A stretch of 64,000 nt of DNA, taken from positions 95,048,001 to 95,112,000 of the forward strand of contig CM059431.1 in the NCBI GenBank assembly GCA_030390025.1, read 5' to 3'. Shown piece by piece: positions 38,360-48,984 of this stretch. Within the stretch, counting starts at the first letter, position 1, and each line of letters begins with the position of its first letter. The translations under genes and the position numbers were made by a program. Origin of the DNA: Squalus acanthias (lineage: Eukaryota). A model generated the notes under the pieces. It had not been told where the DNA came from, searched no databases, and saw nothing but the letters and a program-made list of their open reading frames with translations.

Positions 38360-38630
38360 GGGCATAGAAATTCTATCACACCGCACCTATTTACGGGCAC
38401 TAAACGGGCGCACGAGTGTCCAATATGGCATGCTGTCACCGAGTTATGCAAGCTACAATTTGAGCCTTGCACAAGGGCATGGATAGCACTGCCTGTGGCT
38501 GCCAAGGTCACCTTAGCTTTTATGCCACGGGCTCCTTTTAGGCTGCAGCAGGTGACATCAGTGACATCGCAATTCGCAGTCCACTGCTGTATCGGGGAGG
38601 TCACTGAGACACTCCACACTAGAAGGAATA
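38360..38630 (+). mobile_element. Harbinger terminus plus transposase N-terminal relic
   Basis: TAT|GGGCATAGAAATTC terminus; LPVAAKVT..SQFAVHCCIGEVTETL. Confidence 0.7.
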
Positions 38631-38639
38631 CATACATGT

Positions 38640-39005
38640 GCCAGCCTTGGCTCAATAGTACCAATCTCACCTCTGAGTCAATAGGTTGTGGGTTCAAATC
38701 TGACTCCAGAGACTTAAGCACATAATATAGGCTAACACTTCTGTGTAGTACTGAGGCAGGGCTGCAGTGTCTGTGGTGCCATCTTTTGGATGAGACATTA
38801 AGCTGAGACATTAAGCCGTCTGCACTCTCAGGTGAACATAAAAGATTCCATGGCACTATTTCAAAGAGCAGGGGAGTTCTCTACGATATTTATCCCTCAA
38901 CCAACATCACTGGGCATTATCTATTTCCTGTTGATGGGACCTTGCTGTGCTAAAATTGGCTGTTGCTTTTCCTACATTACAACTGTGACTACACTTCAAA
39001 AATAT
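38640..39005 (+). mobile_element. tRNA-derived SINE with a Deu-like central domain (SacSINE1-like)
   Basis: A-box TGGCTCAATAGT and B-box GGGTTCAAATC; central GTACTGAGG..GCTGCA..TTTTGGATGAGACATTAA..CATGGCACTATTTC recognised from memory as the DeuSINE domain. Confidence 0.7.
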
Positions 39006-39036
39006 ACTTCAAGGGAAGGTGGTTGGGCCATTTCTT

Positions 39037-39440
39037 GATGGAGATGGTCATTGCCTGGCACTTATGCAACATGAATGTTACCTGCCACATGTCAGCCTAA
39101 GCTGTCCCGATTCTGCAGTAGGCTGGCATCGGTTACTTGAATATCCAAGGAATTGTGAATAGAGCTGACCACTGTAGAATATCAGTGAATAGTTCCACTC
39201 CTAACATTATGATAGAGGGAAAGTCATTGATGGAGCTGTTGAAGACAGTTGAGCCACGTGCTCTGCCCTGAGGAATTCTTGCAGCAATTGGACTGGGGCT
39301 GTGATGATTAGTATCCAATAACCACAACCATCTTCCTGTCTATTAAGCATGACTCCAGCCACTGAAGGGTTTTCTTCTTGAGTCACACTGACTTCTCTGG
39401 TGCCACACTCAGTCAAATGCTGCCTTGAAGCTAAGGTCAT
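39037..39440 (-). mobile_element. Degraded non-LTR RT fragment, apparently the same group as 16870-17596
   Basis: IAARIPQG....STVFNSSINDFPS on the minus strand. Confidence 0.6.
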
Positions 39441-39534
39441 CTACCCGCTTAGAGCAAGTCCCATATTGCTTATCTTTAGTACCCTTGAGCGTCAGGTACT
39501 TTACTTGTCACAGTAATATATCCACTATCCATTA

Positions 39535-40366
39535 TCCGCAGACATGGGGTCAGCTTTCACATGACCAGTGATGACATCCAGCTCTACCTCTTCACCAACT
39601 CTCTGAATCCCTCCACTGCCTTTGTGTTGTCAGACTGCTTGTCCAACATCCAGTTTTGGATGAGTCAAAATTTCCTGTAATTAAACACTGGGAAGACCAA
39701 AGCCATTGTCTTCGAGCCTGCTACAACCTCTGTACTCTTGCCAATGTCTCAGGCTTAAACAATGTTTGTAATGTTGATGCCCTATTCAACCCTGAGCTGA
39801 GTTTCAGTCCATATCCTCTCCATCACAAAGACTGCCTACTTCCCCGTCTGTAACATTATCCACGGTTACCCCTACCTCAGCCATCTGCTCCTGAAGCCCT
39901 GAACCATGCCTTTTAAAAAAATAATTCTTGGGATGTTGGCATCGTTCCAGACCTGACTATTCAAATACTCTCCTGATCAGTCACCCAGTCTCCACCATCC
40001 ATGAATTTCAATTCATCTAAAACAGTGCTGACCATATCTTATATCGCACCAAGTCCTGCTCACTGACCAACATTGGCTCAAATTTAAACTTCTCATCCTT
40101 GTGTTTAAATCCCTTCATGGCTTTGCCCCTCCCTACCACTGTAACTGCCTCCAGGCCTACAATCCCCACTTTTTCGGCTCTGGCCTCATCCCTTCCTTTT
40201 GCCCCACAAGTAACATCCTATGTGACTGTGACCGTGGTGAACTATCTCTAATCATCCTTCTCAACTTGTCTGCAGCCTGTGCACAGTTGACCACACTATC
40301 CTCCTCCAATGTCTCTCCACCGTTGTCCAGCTGGGTGGGACTGCCCTTGTCTGGTTCCATTCCTAT
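39535..40366 (+). mobile_element. Degraded L2 fragments; the last piece (40209-40366) continues at 43046-44082
   Basis: DDIQLYL, LLNLSAA and QLGGTALVWFHSY L2 RT motifs. Confidence 0.7.
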
Positions 40367-43045
40367 CTTTTTTTCTTCCTTTCAGGAGTCAAGGATCGCA
40401 AACTTCAACAACTCTTGGATACTAACGCCCCTCTGGAACTTTCACTTTACTCTGACCCCATTCTGTTTTTTTATCTCACCCCCTGCCATGTTTTCACTAT
40501 CCCCTCTGACCTTCCCCTCTCTGACCTCTAAAGATCTGTCCTCAGCAAAGGCCTGAGCTTCATCCCCTTACGCCCCCACCTCAATGAATTTCGAGTTCGG
40601 AACGATGCTGAGCTCTTTTTCCATTGCCTTTGCCTTCGTGCCCACTTCTTCAACCAGGAGTCTTCTCCCCACACAACGACCCCTTTCTCCCGATTTCAAA
40701 ATTCTCATTCTATCTGGACCCCACCCTCTGGCCTCTCACTCTCTCTAGATCTTTTCATTTCAAACTGTCGGCGTGACATCGGCCGTCTCAATTTCTCTGC
40801 TCCCCTCACTCACTCCAACCTACCTCCCTCTGAACTTGCAGCACTCCGTTCTCTCCGATCCAACCCTAACCTTGTAATTAAACCTGCTGACAAGGCTGGT
40901 GCTGTTGTTGTTTGGTGAACTGACCTCTACCTTGTGGAGGCTGAACACCAACTCTCTGACAACTCCTCCTAACCCGCCCCCAAGCCCCCCCCCCCAACAC
41001 CCCTGGACCATGACCCCACTATCGAACATCAAGCCATAATTTCCAAGCCTGTCACTGACCTCATCTCCCTCTGGAAATCTTCCCTCCACGGCCTCCAACC
41101 TAATAATCCCCCAACCCTACATAGCCCGCTTCTACCTCCTTCCCAAGATCCACAAACAGGACTACATTGGTAGACCCATCGTTTCAGCCTGTTCTTACCC
41201 CACGGAACTGATTTCTTCCTATTTCGACTCTATCTTTTCTCCCTTGTCCAGTCTCTTCCCACCTACATCCACGACTCTTCCGACACCCTCTGCCACTTTA
41301 ACAGTTTCCAGTTTCCTGGCCCTAACCATCTTCTTTTCACTATGGACTTGCAATCCCTCTGCACCTCCATCCCCCACCAGGATGGCCTGAGGGCGCTCCG
41401 CTTCTTCCTTGAACAGAGGCCCAACCAGTCCCCATCCACCACCACCCTCCTCCGCCTGGCTGAACTTGTTCTCACGTTATACAACTTCTCCTTTGACTCC
41501 ACTCACTTCCTCCAAATAAAAGGTGTTGCTGTGGGTCCTAGCTATGCCTGCCTTTTCGTGGGATATGTGGAATATTCTTTCTTCCAGTCCTACTCAGGTC
41601 CCCTCCCTCACCTCTTTTTCTAATACATTGATGCCTGTATCAGTGCTGTTTCCTGCTCTCACCCTGAACTGTAAAATTTAATTCACTTTGCTTCCAATTT
41701 TCCCCCTTCCCTTGCCTTCACATGGTCCATCTCCAACTCTTCCCTTCCCTTCCTCGACTTCTCTCTCTCCATTTCTGGGGACAGGCTATCGACCAACATC
41801 CACTATAAGCCCACTGACTCCCACATCTACCTGGACTACACTTCCTCCCACCCCATTTCCTGTAAGGACTCTATTCCATTCTCCCATTTTCTCCGTCTCC
41901 ATCGCATCTGTTCTGACGATGCCACCTTCCATACTAGTGCTTCCGATATGTCCTCCTTTTTCCTCAACCAAGGATTCCCCTCTACTGTGTTTGACACGGC
42001 CCTTGACCGTGTCCGTTCCATCTCCTGCACTTCTGCTCTCACCCCTTCCCCTCCCTCCCAGAACCACGATAGAGTTCCCCTTGTCCTCACCTTCCACCCC
42101 ACCAGCCTCCACATTCAACGGATCATCCTCCGCGATTTCCGCCACCTCCAGCGTGATGCCGTCGCCAAACACATCTTCCCCTCACCTCCCCTTTCAGCAT
42201 TCTGAAGGGACCGTTCCCTCTGTGACACCCTGGTCCACTCCTCAATCATCCCCAACATCCCCTCCCCTTCCCACGGCACCTTCCCGTGCAAGCGCTGGAG
42301 ATGCAATACCTGCCTTTTTACCTCCTCCCTTCCCACTGTCAAGGGCCCCAAACACTCCTTCCAGGTGAAACAGCGATTTACTTGTACTTCTTTCAATTTA
42401 GTATACTGTATTCATTGCTCATAATGTGGTTTCCTCTACATTGGGGAGACCAAACGCAGATTGGGTGATTGCTTTGCGGAATACCTCCGTTCAGTCTGCA
42501 AGGGTGACCCCAAGCTTCCGGTCACCCGTCACTTTAATTCTCCGCTCCATTCCCACTCTGACCTCTCAGTTCTCGGCCTCTTACACTGTGCCAATGAAAC
42601 TCAATGTAAGCTCGAGGAACAGCACCTCATCTTTCAATTAGGCACTTTACAGCCTTCTGGACTCAACATTGAGTTCAACAATTTCAGATCATAAACTCTG
42701 CCCGCATTTGTTCAGATGGCAGCTGTTGATGATTCTGCTATTCCCATTTGCACCTCTTCTAGACCCATCTTTTGTCTCTTTACTTGTCCCATTACCATCT
42801 CCTTTTGCCTTGTACAATCATCCTTTTTGTCTTTTAATCTTTCCTGCCTTCCACCCTATCAAAGACCTTCCCTTTTGTTCTTTCCTCCCCCCCCGTTTCC
42901 CTACTTCTGCACTTGTTTAAAACCTTGCTATATCTCTAACTTTTCCAGTTCTGATGAAGGGTCATCGACCTGAAATGTTAACTCTGTTTCTTTCACCATA
43001 GATGCTGCCTGACCTGCTGAGCATTTCCTGCACTTTATGTTTTTA
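40367..43045 (+). mobile_element. Penelope-like element, ~2.7 kb (RT plus GIY-YIG, several stops), with a 12-bp TSD
   Basis: [50 protein letters not shown] and LPFLD motifs; GIY-YIG LVYCI..LYIGETKR; direct repeat TTCCATTCCTAT at 40355-40366 and 43046-43057. Confidence 0.92.
42947..42983 (+). ncRNA. Putative minimal type-I hammerhead ribozyme at the PLE 3' end
   Basis: AGTT-CTGATGA-A-GGGTC atc GACCT-GAAA-TG-TT-AACT: stem I AGTT/AACT, stem II and both core boxes; C>T at 42976 relative to the 1764-1800 copy. Confidence 0.6.
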
Positions 43046-44082
43046 TTCCATTCCTATTATTCAGTCATAAAATCACCTGCAATGGCTTCTCTTCCCACTC
43101 CCACATCATTATGTCTGGAGTCCCCCAAGGATCTATCCTTAGCAACCTCCTATTCCTCATCTGCATGCTGCCCCTCAGTGACATCATCCGAAAATGCATT
43201 CAGGTTCCACTAATGACATCCAGCTCTACCCCACCACCAACTCTCTCGACTCCTCCACTGCCTTTGATATGTCATGCTGTTTGTACGACATCTAGTATTG
43301 GATGAGCAAACATTTCCTCCAATTAAGTATTTGGAAGACTGAAGCCATTGTCTTCAGTCCCCACCACAAACTCCTTTCCCTAGCCACCAACTCCATCCCT
43401 CTCCTCGGCCATTGTCTGAGGCTGAACCAAAGCGTTCGCAATATTAGCATCTTATTTAACCCTGAGCTGAGCTTCCGACTTCATATCCTCCCCATCATGA
43501 AGACCGCCTACTTCCACCTCCATAATATTGCCAATCTCCGCCCCTGCCTCAGCCCATCTGCTGCTGAAACTCTCATCCATGCCTCTGTTACCTCCAGAAA
43601 TAACGATTCCAATGCTGTCCGAGCCAGCCTCCCATCTTCCACCCTCCCATGACTCCAGTGCTCGCTGACCTACATTGGCTCCGCCAACACCTCGATTTTA
43701 AAAATGTTATCCTTGTATTCAAATCGCTGCCATGCCCCTCCCTATCCATGTAGCCTTCTCCAGCCCTAAAACCCTCCAAGATCACCAAGCTCCTCCACTT
43801 CTGGCCTCGGAAGCATCTCTGATTTTCCTATCACCACCAGCTGTGCCTTCAGCTGCCTAGGCCCAAAGCTCTGGAATTCCCTCCATAAACCTCTCCACAT
43901 CTCTATCAATCTCCTCTTTTAAGATGCTCCTTAAAACCTATATCATTGATCAAGCTTTTGGTGACCTGTCCTAATATTTCCTGATGTGGATCAGTGTCAA
44001 ATTTTAATAATACTCCTGTGAAGTGTCTTGGAACATTTTACTACATTAAAGGCGCTATATAAATGAAAGTTGTTGTTGTTGT
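43046..44082 (+). mobile_element. L2 LINE 3' portion
   Basis: GVPQGSIL, FLQLSIWKTE, AAETLIHA and LGPKLWNSL motifs; (GTT)n tail. Confidence 0.85.
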
Positions 44083-44219
44083 AGGCTGTCTGCCGGTACT
44101 ACTCCTTTTTATATTGAATTTTTATATATCTATATATTGTTCTTGTTTATTAGCAGAATATATTTCTCTACTGATGATCTGCCTTCAGTACAAAATTGTG
44201 CAGAGCGCAGCTTGCTATT

Positions 44220-47200
44220 ACATAGAAACATAGAAACATAAAAGATAGGAGCAGGAGTAGGACATTCGGCCAATCGAGCCTGTTCCGCCATTTAATGCGA
44301 TCATGGCTGATCATCCAAATTCAGTACCCTGTCCCTGCTTTCTCCCCATATCCCTTGATCCCTTTAGCCTTAAGAAATATATCTAACTCCTTCTTGAATA
44401 TATTTAATGAATTGGCCTCAACTGCCTTCTGTGGTAGAGAATTCCACAGATTCACCACTCTCTGGGTGAAGAAATTCCTCCTCATCTCAGTCCTAAATGG
44501 CTTACCCCTTAGCCTTAGACTGTGACCCCTGGTTCTGGACTCCTCCACCATCGGGGACATCCTTCCTGCATCTAGTCTGTCTAGTCCTGTTAGAATTTTA
44601 TAAGTTTCAATGAGATCCCCTCTCATTCTTCTAAACTCTAGCGAATACAAGACCAATCGTCCCAATCTCTCTTCATACTTCATTCCTGCCATCCCAGGTA
44701 TCAGTCTGGTGAATCTTCGCTGCACTCCCTCCATGGCAAGAACATAAGACGACCAAAACTGCACACAATACTCAAGGTGTGGTCTCACCAAGGCCCTGTA
44801 CAACTGCAGCAAGACATCCTTGCTCCTGTACTCGAATCCTCTCACTATGAAGGCCAACATACCATTTGCCTTCTTAACCGCCTGCGGCACCTGCATGCTT
44901 ACCTTCAGCGACTGGTGCACAAGGACTCCCAGGTCTCATTGCACTTCCCCTTTTCCCAATATATTGCCGTTCAGATAATAATCTGTCTTCCTGTTTTTGC
45001 CACCAAAGTGGATAACCTCGCATTTATCCACATTATACTGCATCTGCCATGCATCTGCCCAATCACCAAACCTGTCCAAATCATACTGGAGTTTCTCTGC
45101 ATCCTCCTCACAGCACACACGCTCACCCAGCTTTGTGTCATCTGCCAAGTTGGAGATATTACATCTAGTTCCCTCGTCTAGATCATTAATATATATTGTG
45201 AATAGCTGGGGTCCTAGCACCGATCCCTGTGGTACCCCACTAGTCACTGCCTGCCACTCGGAAAAAGACCCGTTTATTCCAGCTCTTTGCTTCCTGTCTG
45301 CCAACCAGTTCTCTATCCAAGTCAGTACCTTACCCCCAATCCCATGTGCTTTAACTTTGCACGCCAATCTCTTGTGTGGGACCTTATCGAATGTCTTCTG
45401 AAAGTCCAAATACATCATATCCACTGGTTCTTCCTTATCTATTTTCCCAGTTACATCCTCAAAAAATTCCAGTAGATTAGTCAAGCATGATTTACCTTTT
45501 GTAAATCCATGTTGACTTTGTCCGATGCTGTCACTGTTTTCCAAGTGCTCTGCTATTACATCTTTTATAATGGACTCTAGCATTTTCCCCACTACCGATG
45601 TCAGGCTTACCGGTCTATAATTCCCCATTTTCTCTCTACCACTTTTTTTAAACAGTGGGGTTACATTAGCTACCCTCCAATCCATGGGAACTATTCCAGA
45701 GTCTATAGAATTTTGGAAGATGACCAGCAATGCATCTACTATTTCTAGGGCCACTTCCTTAAGTACCCTAGGATGTAGATTATCAGGCCCTGGGGATTTA
45801 TCGGCCTTCAATCCCGTCAATTTTTCTAACACCCTTTCCCTACAAATACTGATTTCATTCAATTCCTCCCTCTCATTAGACCCTATGTTCCCCGACATCT
45901 CTGGGAGGTTATTTGTGTCCTCCTTTGTGAAGACAGAACCAAAATATGTATTTAATTGGTCAGCCATTTCTTTGTTCCCCATTATAAATTCCCCTGATTC
46001 TGACTGCAAGGGACCTACGCTTGACTTCACCAATCTTTTTCTCTTCACATATCAATAGAAGCTTTTACAGTCAGTTTTTATGTTCCCTGCAAGCTTACTC
46101 TCATATTCTATTTTCCCCCTCTTGATTAATCCCTTTGTCCTCCTTTGCTGAATCCTAAAGTGCTCCCAATTCTCAGGTTTGCTGCTTTTTCTGGCCAATT
46201 TATATGTCCTCTCCTTGGATCTTATGCTATCCCTAATTTCCCTTGTTAGCCACGGTTGAGTCACCATTTTTGTTTTATTTTTATGCCAAACAGGGATGAA
46301 CAAATTCTGTAGTTCATCCATGAGATCTTTAAATGTTTGCCATTGCCTATCCACCGTCAACCCTTTAAGTAACATTCCCCAATCCATCCTAGTCAACTCG
46401 CGCCTCATACCATCGTAGTTTCCTTTATTTAAATTCAGGACCCTAGTCTCTGAGTCAACTACTTCACTCTCCATCTTAATGAAGAATTCTATCATATTAT
46501 GATCGCTCCTCCCCAAGGGGCCTCGCACAACAAGATTGCTAATTAATCCTTTCTCATTACATAATACCCAGTCTAAGATGGCCTGATCTCTAGTTGGTTC
46601 CTCGACATACTGGTCCAGGAAACCATCCCGTTTACACTCTAGGAATTCCTCCTCAATGGAATTGTTACTACTTTGGTTAGCCCAATCTATATGTAAATTA
46701 AAGTCACCCATGATAACTGCTGTAACCTTATTGCACGTGTCTCTAATTTCCCATTTAATGCCATCCCCAACCTCAACATTACTGTTTGGGAGTCTGTATA
46801 CAACTCCCACTAATGTTTTCTGCCCCTTGGTATTTCTCAGCTCTACCCATACAGATTCCACATCATCAGAGCTATTATCCTTCCTTACTATTGTGTTAAT
46901 CTCCTCTTTAACCAGCAATGCTACCCCACCTCCTTTTCCTTTTTGCCTGTCCTTCCTGAATATTGAATACCCCTGGATGTTGAATTCCCAGCCTTGGTCA
47001 CCCTGGAGCCATGTCTCCGTAATCCCAATTATATCATATCCGTTTACATCTATTTGCGCAGCTAATTCATCCACCTTATTATGAATGCTCCTCACATTAA
47101 GACACAAAGCCTTCAGGCTTGTTTTTTTTAACACTCTTGGACCATTTAGAATTATTTATTACTGTAGCCCTGTTTGATTTACACCCTTGATGTCTCTGCC

Positions 47201-47472
47201 TTCCACTTTTGCTTTTCTCCTTCCTGTCTTGTGTTTCTACCCTTGCTTCCCTTTCCTCTGTCTCCCTGCACAGGTTCCCAACCCCCTGCCATTTTAGTTT
47301 AAACCCTCTCCAATAGCACTAGCAAACACTCCCCCTAGGACATCGGTCCCGGTCCCGCCCAGGTGCAAACCGTCCAGTTTGTACTGGTCCCACCTCCCCC
47401 AGAACCGGTTCCAATGTCCCAGGAATTTGAAACCCACCCCCTTGCACCATTCCTCTAGCCACGTATTCATCT
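44220..47472 (-). mobile_element. Long CR1 LINE (end of ORF1, whole ORF2 in three open segments, 3' tail); same family as 18113-22430
   Basis: ORFs 46052-47134 (EN), 44936-46048 (RT) and 44321-44920; ORF1 tail (..GFKFLGHWNRFWGRWDQYKLDGLHL) at ~47300-47470; (CTATGTTT)n tail at 44220-44240. Confidence 0.94.
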
Positions 47473-47810
47473 GAAATTGTGATCCTCATGAGTTTTTGGG
47501 GCGTGTGGGGTAGCTCGCCACTGGATGTGTCCAAGCACTGAAATCTGCTCTTGAACAGTCCTATCTTCTTCCCCAGCTCAAGTCTTGTTGCTGTGTTGGC
47601 CTGGTTGCATGCGCCCTCTGGCTTCGTTCTCAGTTGTCTCAGTGAAGTCATGAGCCATGGCTGTAGTGGATAAGCTTAGTCTCAGCGAGACTATCCTTGG
47701 ACATGGTTTTCCTCAAAGAAGAGGTCAGCGAGTATAGAATGGTTCAGAATAAAACCATCATGGCAGCTGTTGGCATGCTTGGCATTCACATGTAGGATAC
47801 ATATATCCAT
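47473..47810 (-). pseudogene. Degraded Harbinger transposase fragment
   Basis: HDGFIL, YPLQPWLMT and IGLFKSRFQCLDTSSGELPHTPQK on the minus strand. Confidence 0.7.
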
Positions 47811-47819
47811 AGATACACC

Positions 47820-48517
47820 GGGCTGGATTTTTACTCGGAGGCGGGGATGGAGTGGGGATGGAGCGGGGTGGCTGGATTGAGGTCGGGAAAACCAGAAAAA
47901 CGGACTTCCCTCAGGCTGAATTTAACGGAAGGACCTGATTAACATTATTTCCTCTGTTGCCGAGCCACAGCCAGCCAGATTGAGAAGCTGGCTGGCTGTC
48001 GGGCGGGTAGGCCTTCAGTACCAGGCTGCAGTGGAGGAGCGGAGCGGAGGGAGGGAGAGATCGGAGGCAGGGAGTGGGGGGGTGTGTTTGGGAGATCGGA
48101 GGCCTGAGGGATCGGCAACCGGTGTGGAGGGAGGGTCGGAGATTGGAGGCCTCATGGGGGCAGTCGGGGAGAGATTGGAAGGGATCGGGGGCGGTTGTCC
48201 GATCGCGGGGGGTTGGTGATGCAAGAACGTTGGATCCAGCAGGTAACTGGAAAGGCACTTACCTCCTGGATCCAGCAGTCCTCGCTTCCCTTCAGCCGCC
48301 AGAGTTAAATTTGAAATGGTGGATCAATATGAGGCACACATCCTCATTATAATACTTAAATTGCCAACCCGCCTCTTGGTTGCTTGCCCCCATCCTGCCT
48401 CCATTAAAACCGGAAGTGGTCGGGTTGGAGGTGGGTTGGAGTCGGGATTCAGATTTTAAACACTTTAAACCCCCACCCGACCCAAACCCATCTGTCTTTT
48501 GGGGTTAAAATTCCCCC
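47820..48517. mobile_element. MITE-like non-autonomous element with Harbinger-type ends
   Basis: Begins GGGCTGGATTTTT and ends AAAATTCCCCC|ATA; G-rich left and C-rich right subterminal tracts; no credible ORF. Confidence 0.5.
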
Positions 48518-48984
48518 ATAGAGTCTTTGGAGAGGCAGGACACTTAATTAACAAATTTAAATTGGGCTCCCATAGTGCAATTGGGAGCCCAATTTAAAAT
48601 TTACTCTTGCTGCCTGTAAAGTTCCCTCTCTTTTTTGGCCCGCGTGGCCCCTTTAATGGGCTGCACAGGCCATTCAAAATTCTGGCGTCTGCAGTTTTTC
48701 TATTTAAAAGCCGGCTCACTGGCTGCACAGAACCTGCAGAGTGTTGTATGGCCACACGGCCATGCAGCTTAAAGGGAATATTAGCTGCATGGATTTCCCA
48801 GGGATCGGGAAACCCGGCAGTGAAAGGGAGGCAGGGGCTCCTGGCTCTACATGGTAAGTGCTTCTTTCAGCACTCCTTGTGGGACAGGATGAGCAGGAGT
48901 GCTCCCACCAGTCTCCTCAAGAAAGCCTTCAGCCACCATCACCAGTTTCCTCCTCCCAGCCTTGATTACCAACCTCTCCCCAGC

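Noticed and set aside
38640..38715. tRNA gene
   Set aside because: The A/B boxes belong to a SINE head; no convincing cloverleaf.
47319..47651. 110-aa ORF
   Set aside because: Chimera of a Harbinger transposase relic and an out-of-frame CR1 ORF1 at an insertion junction.
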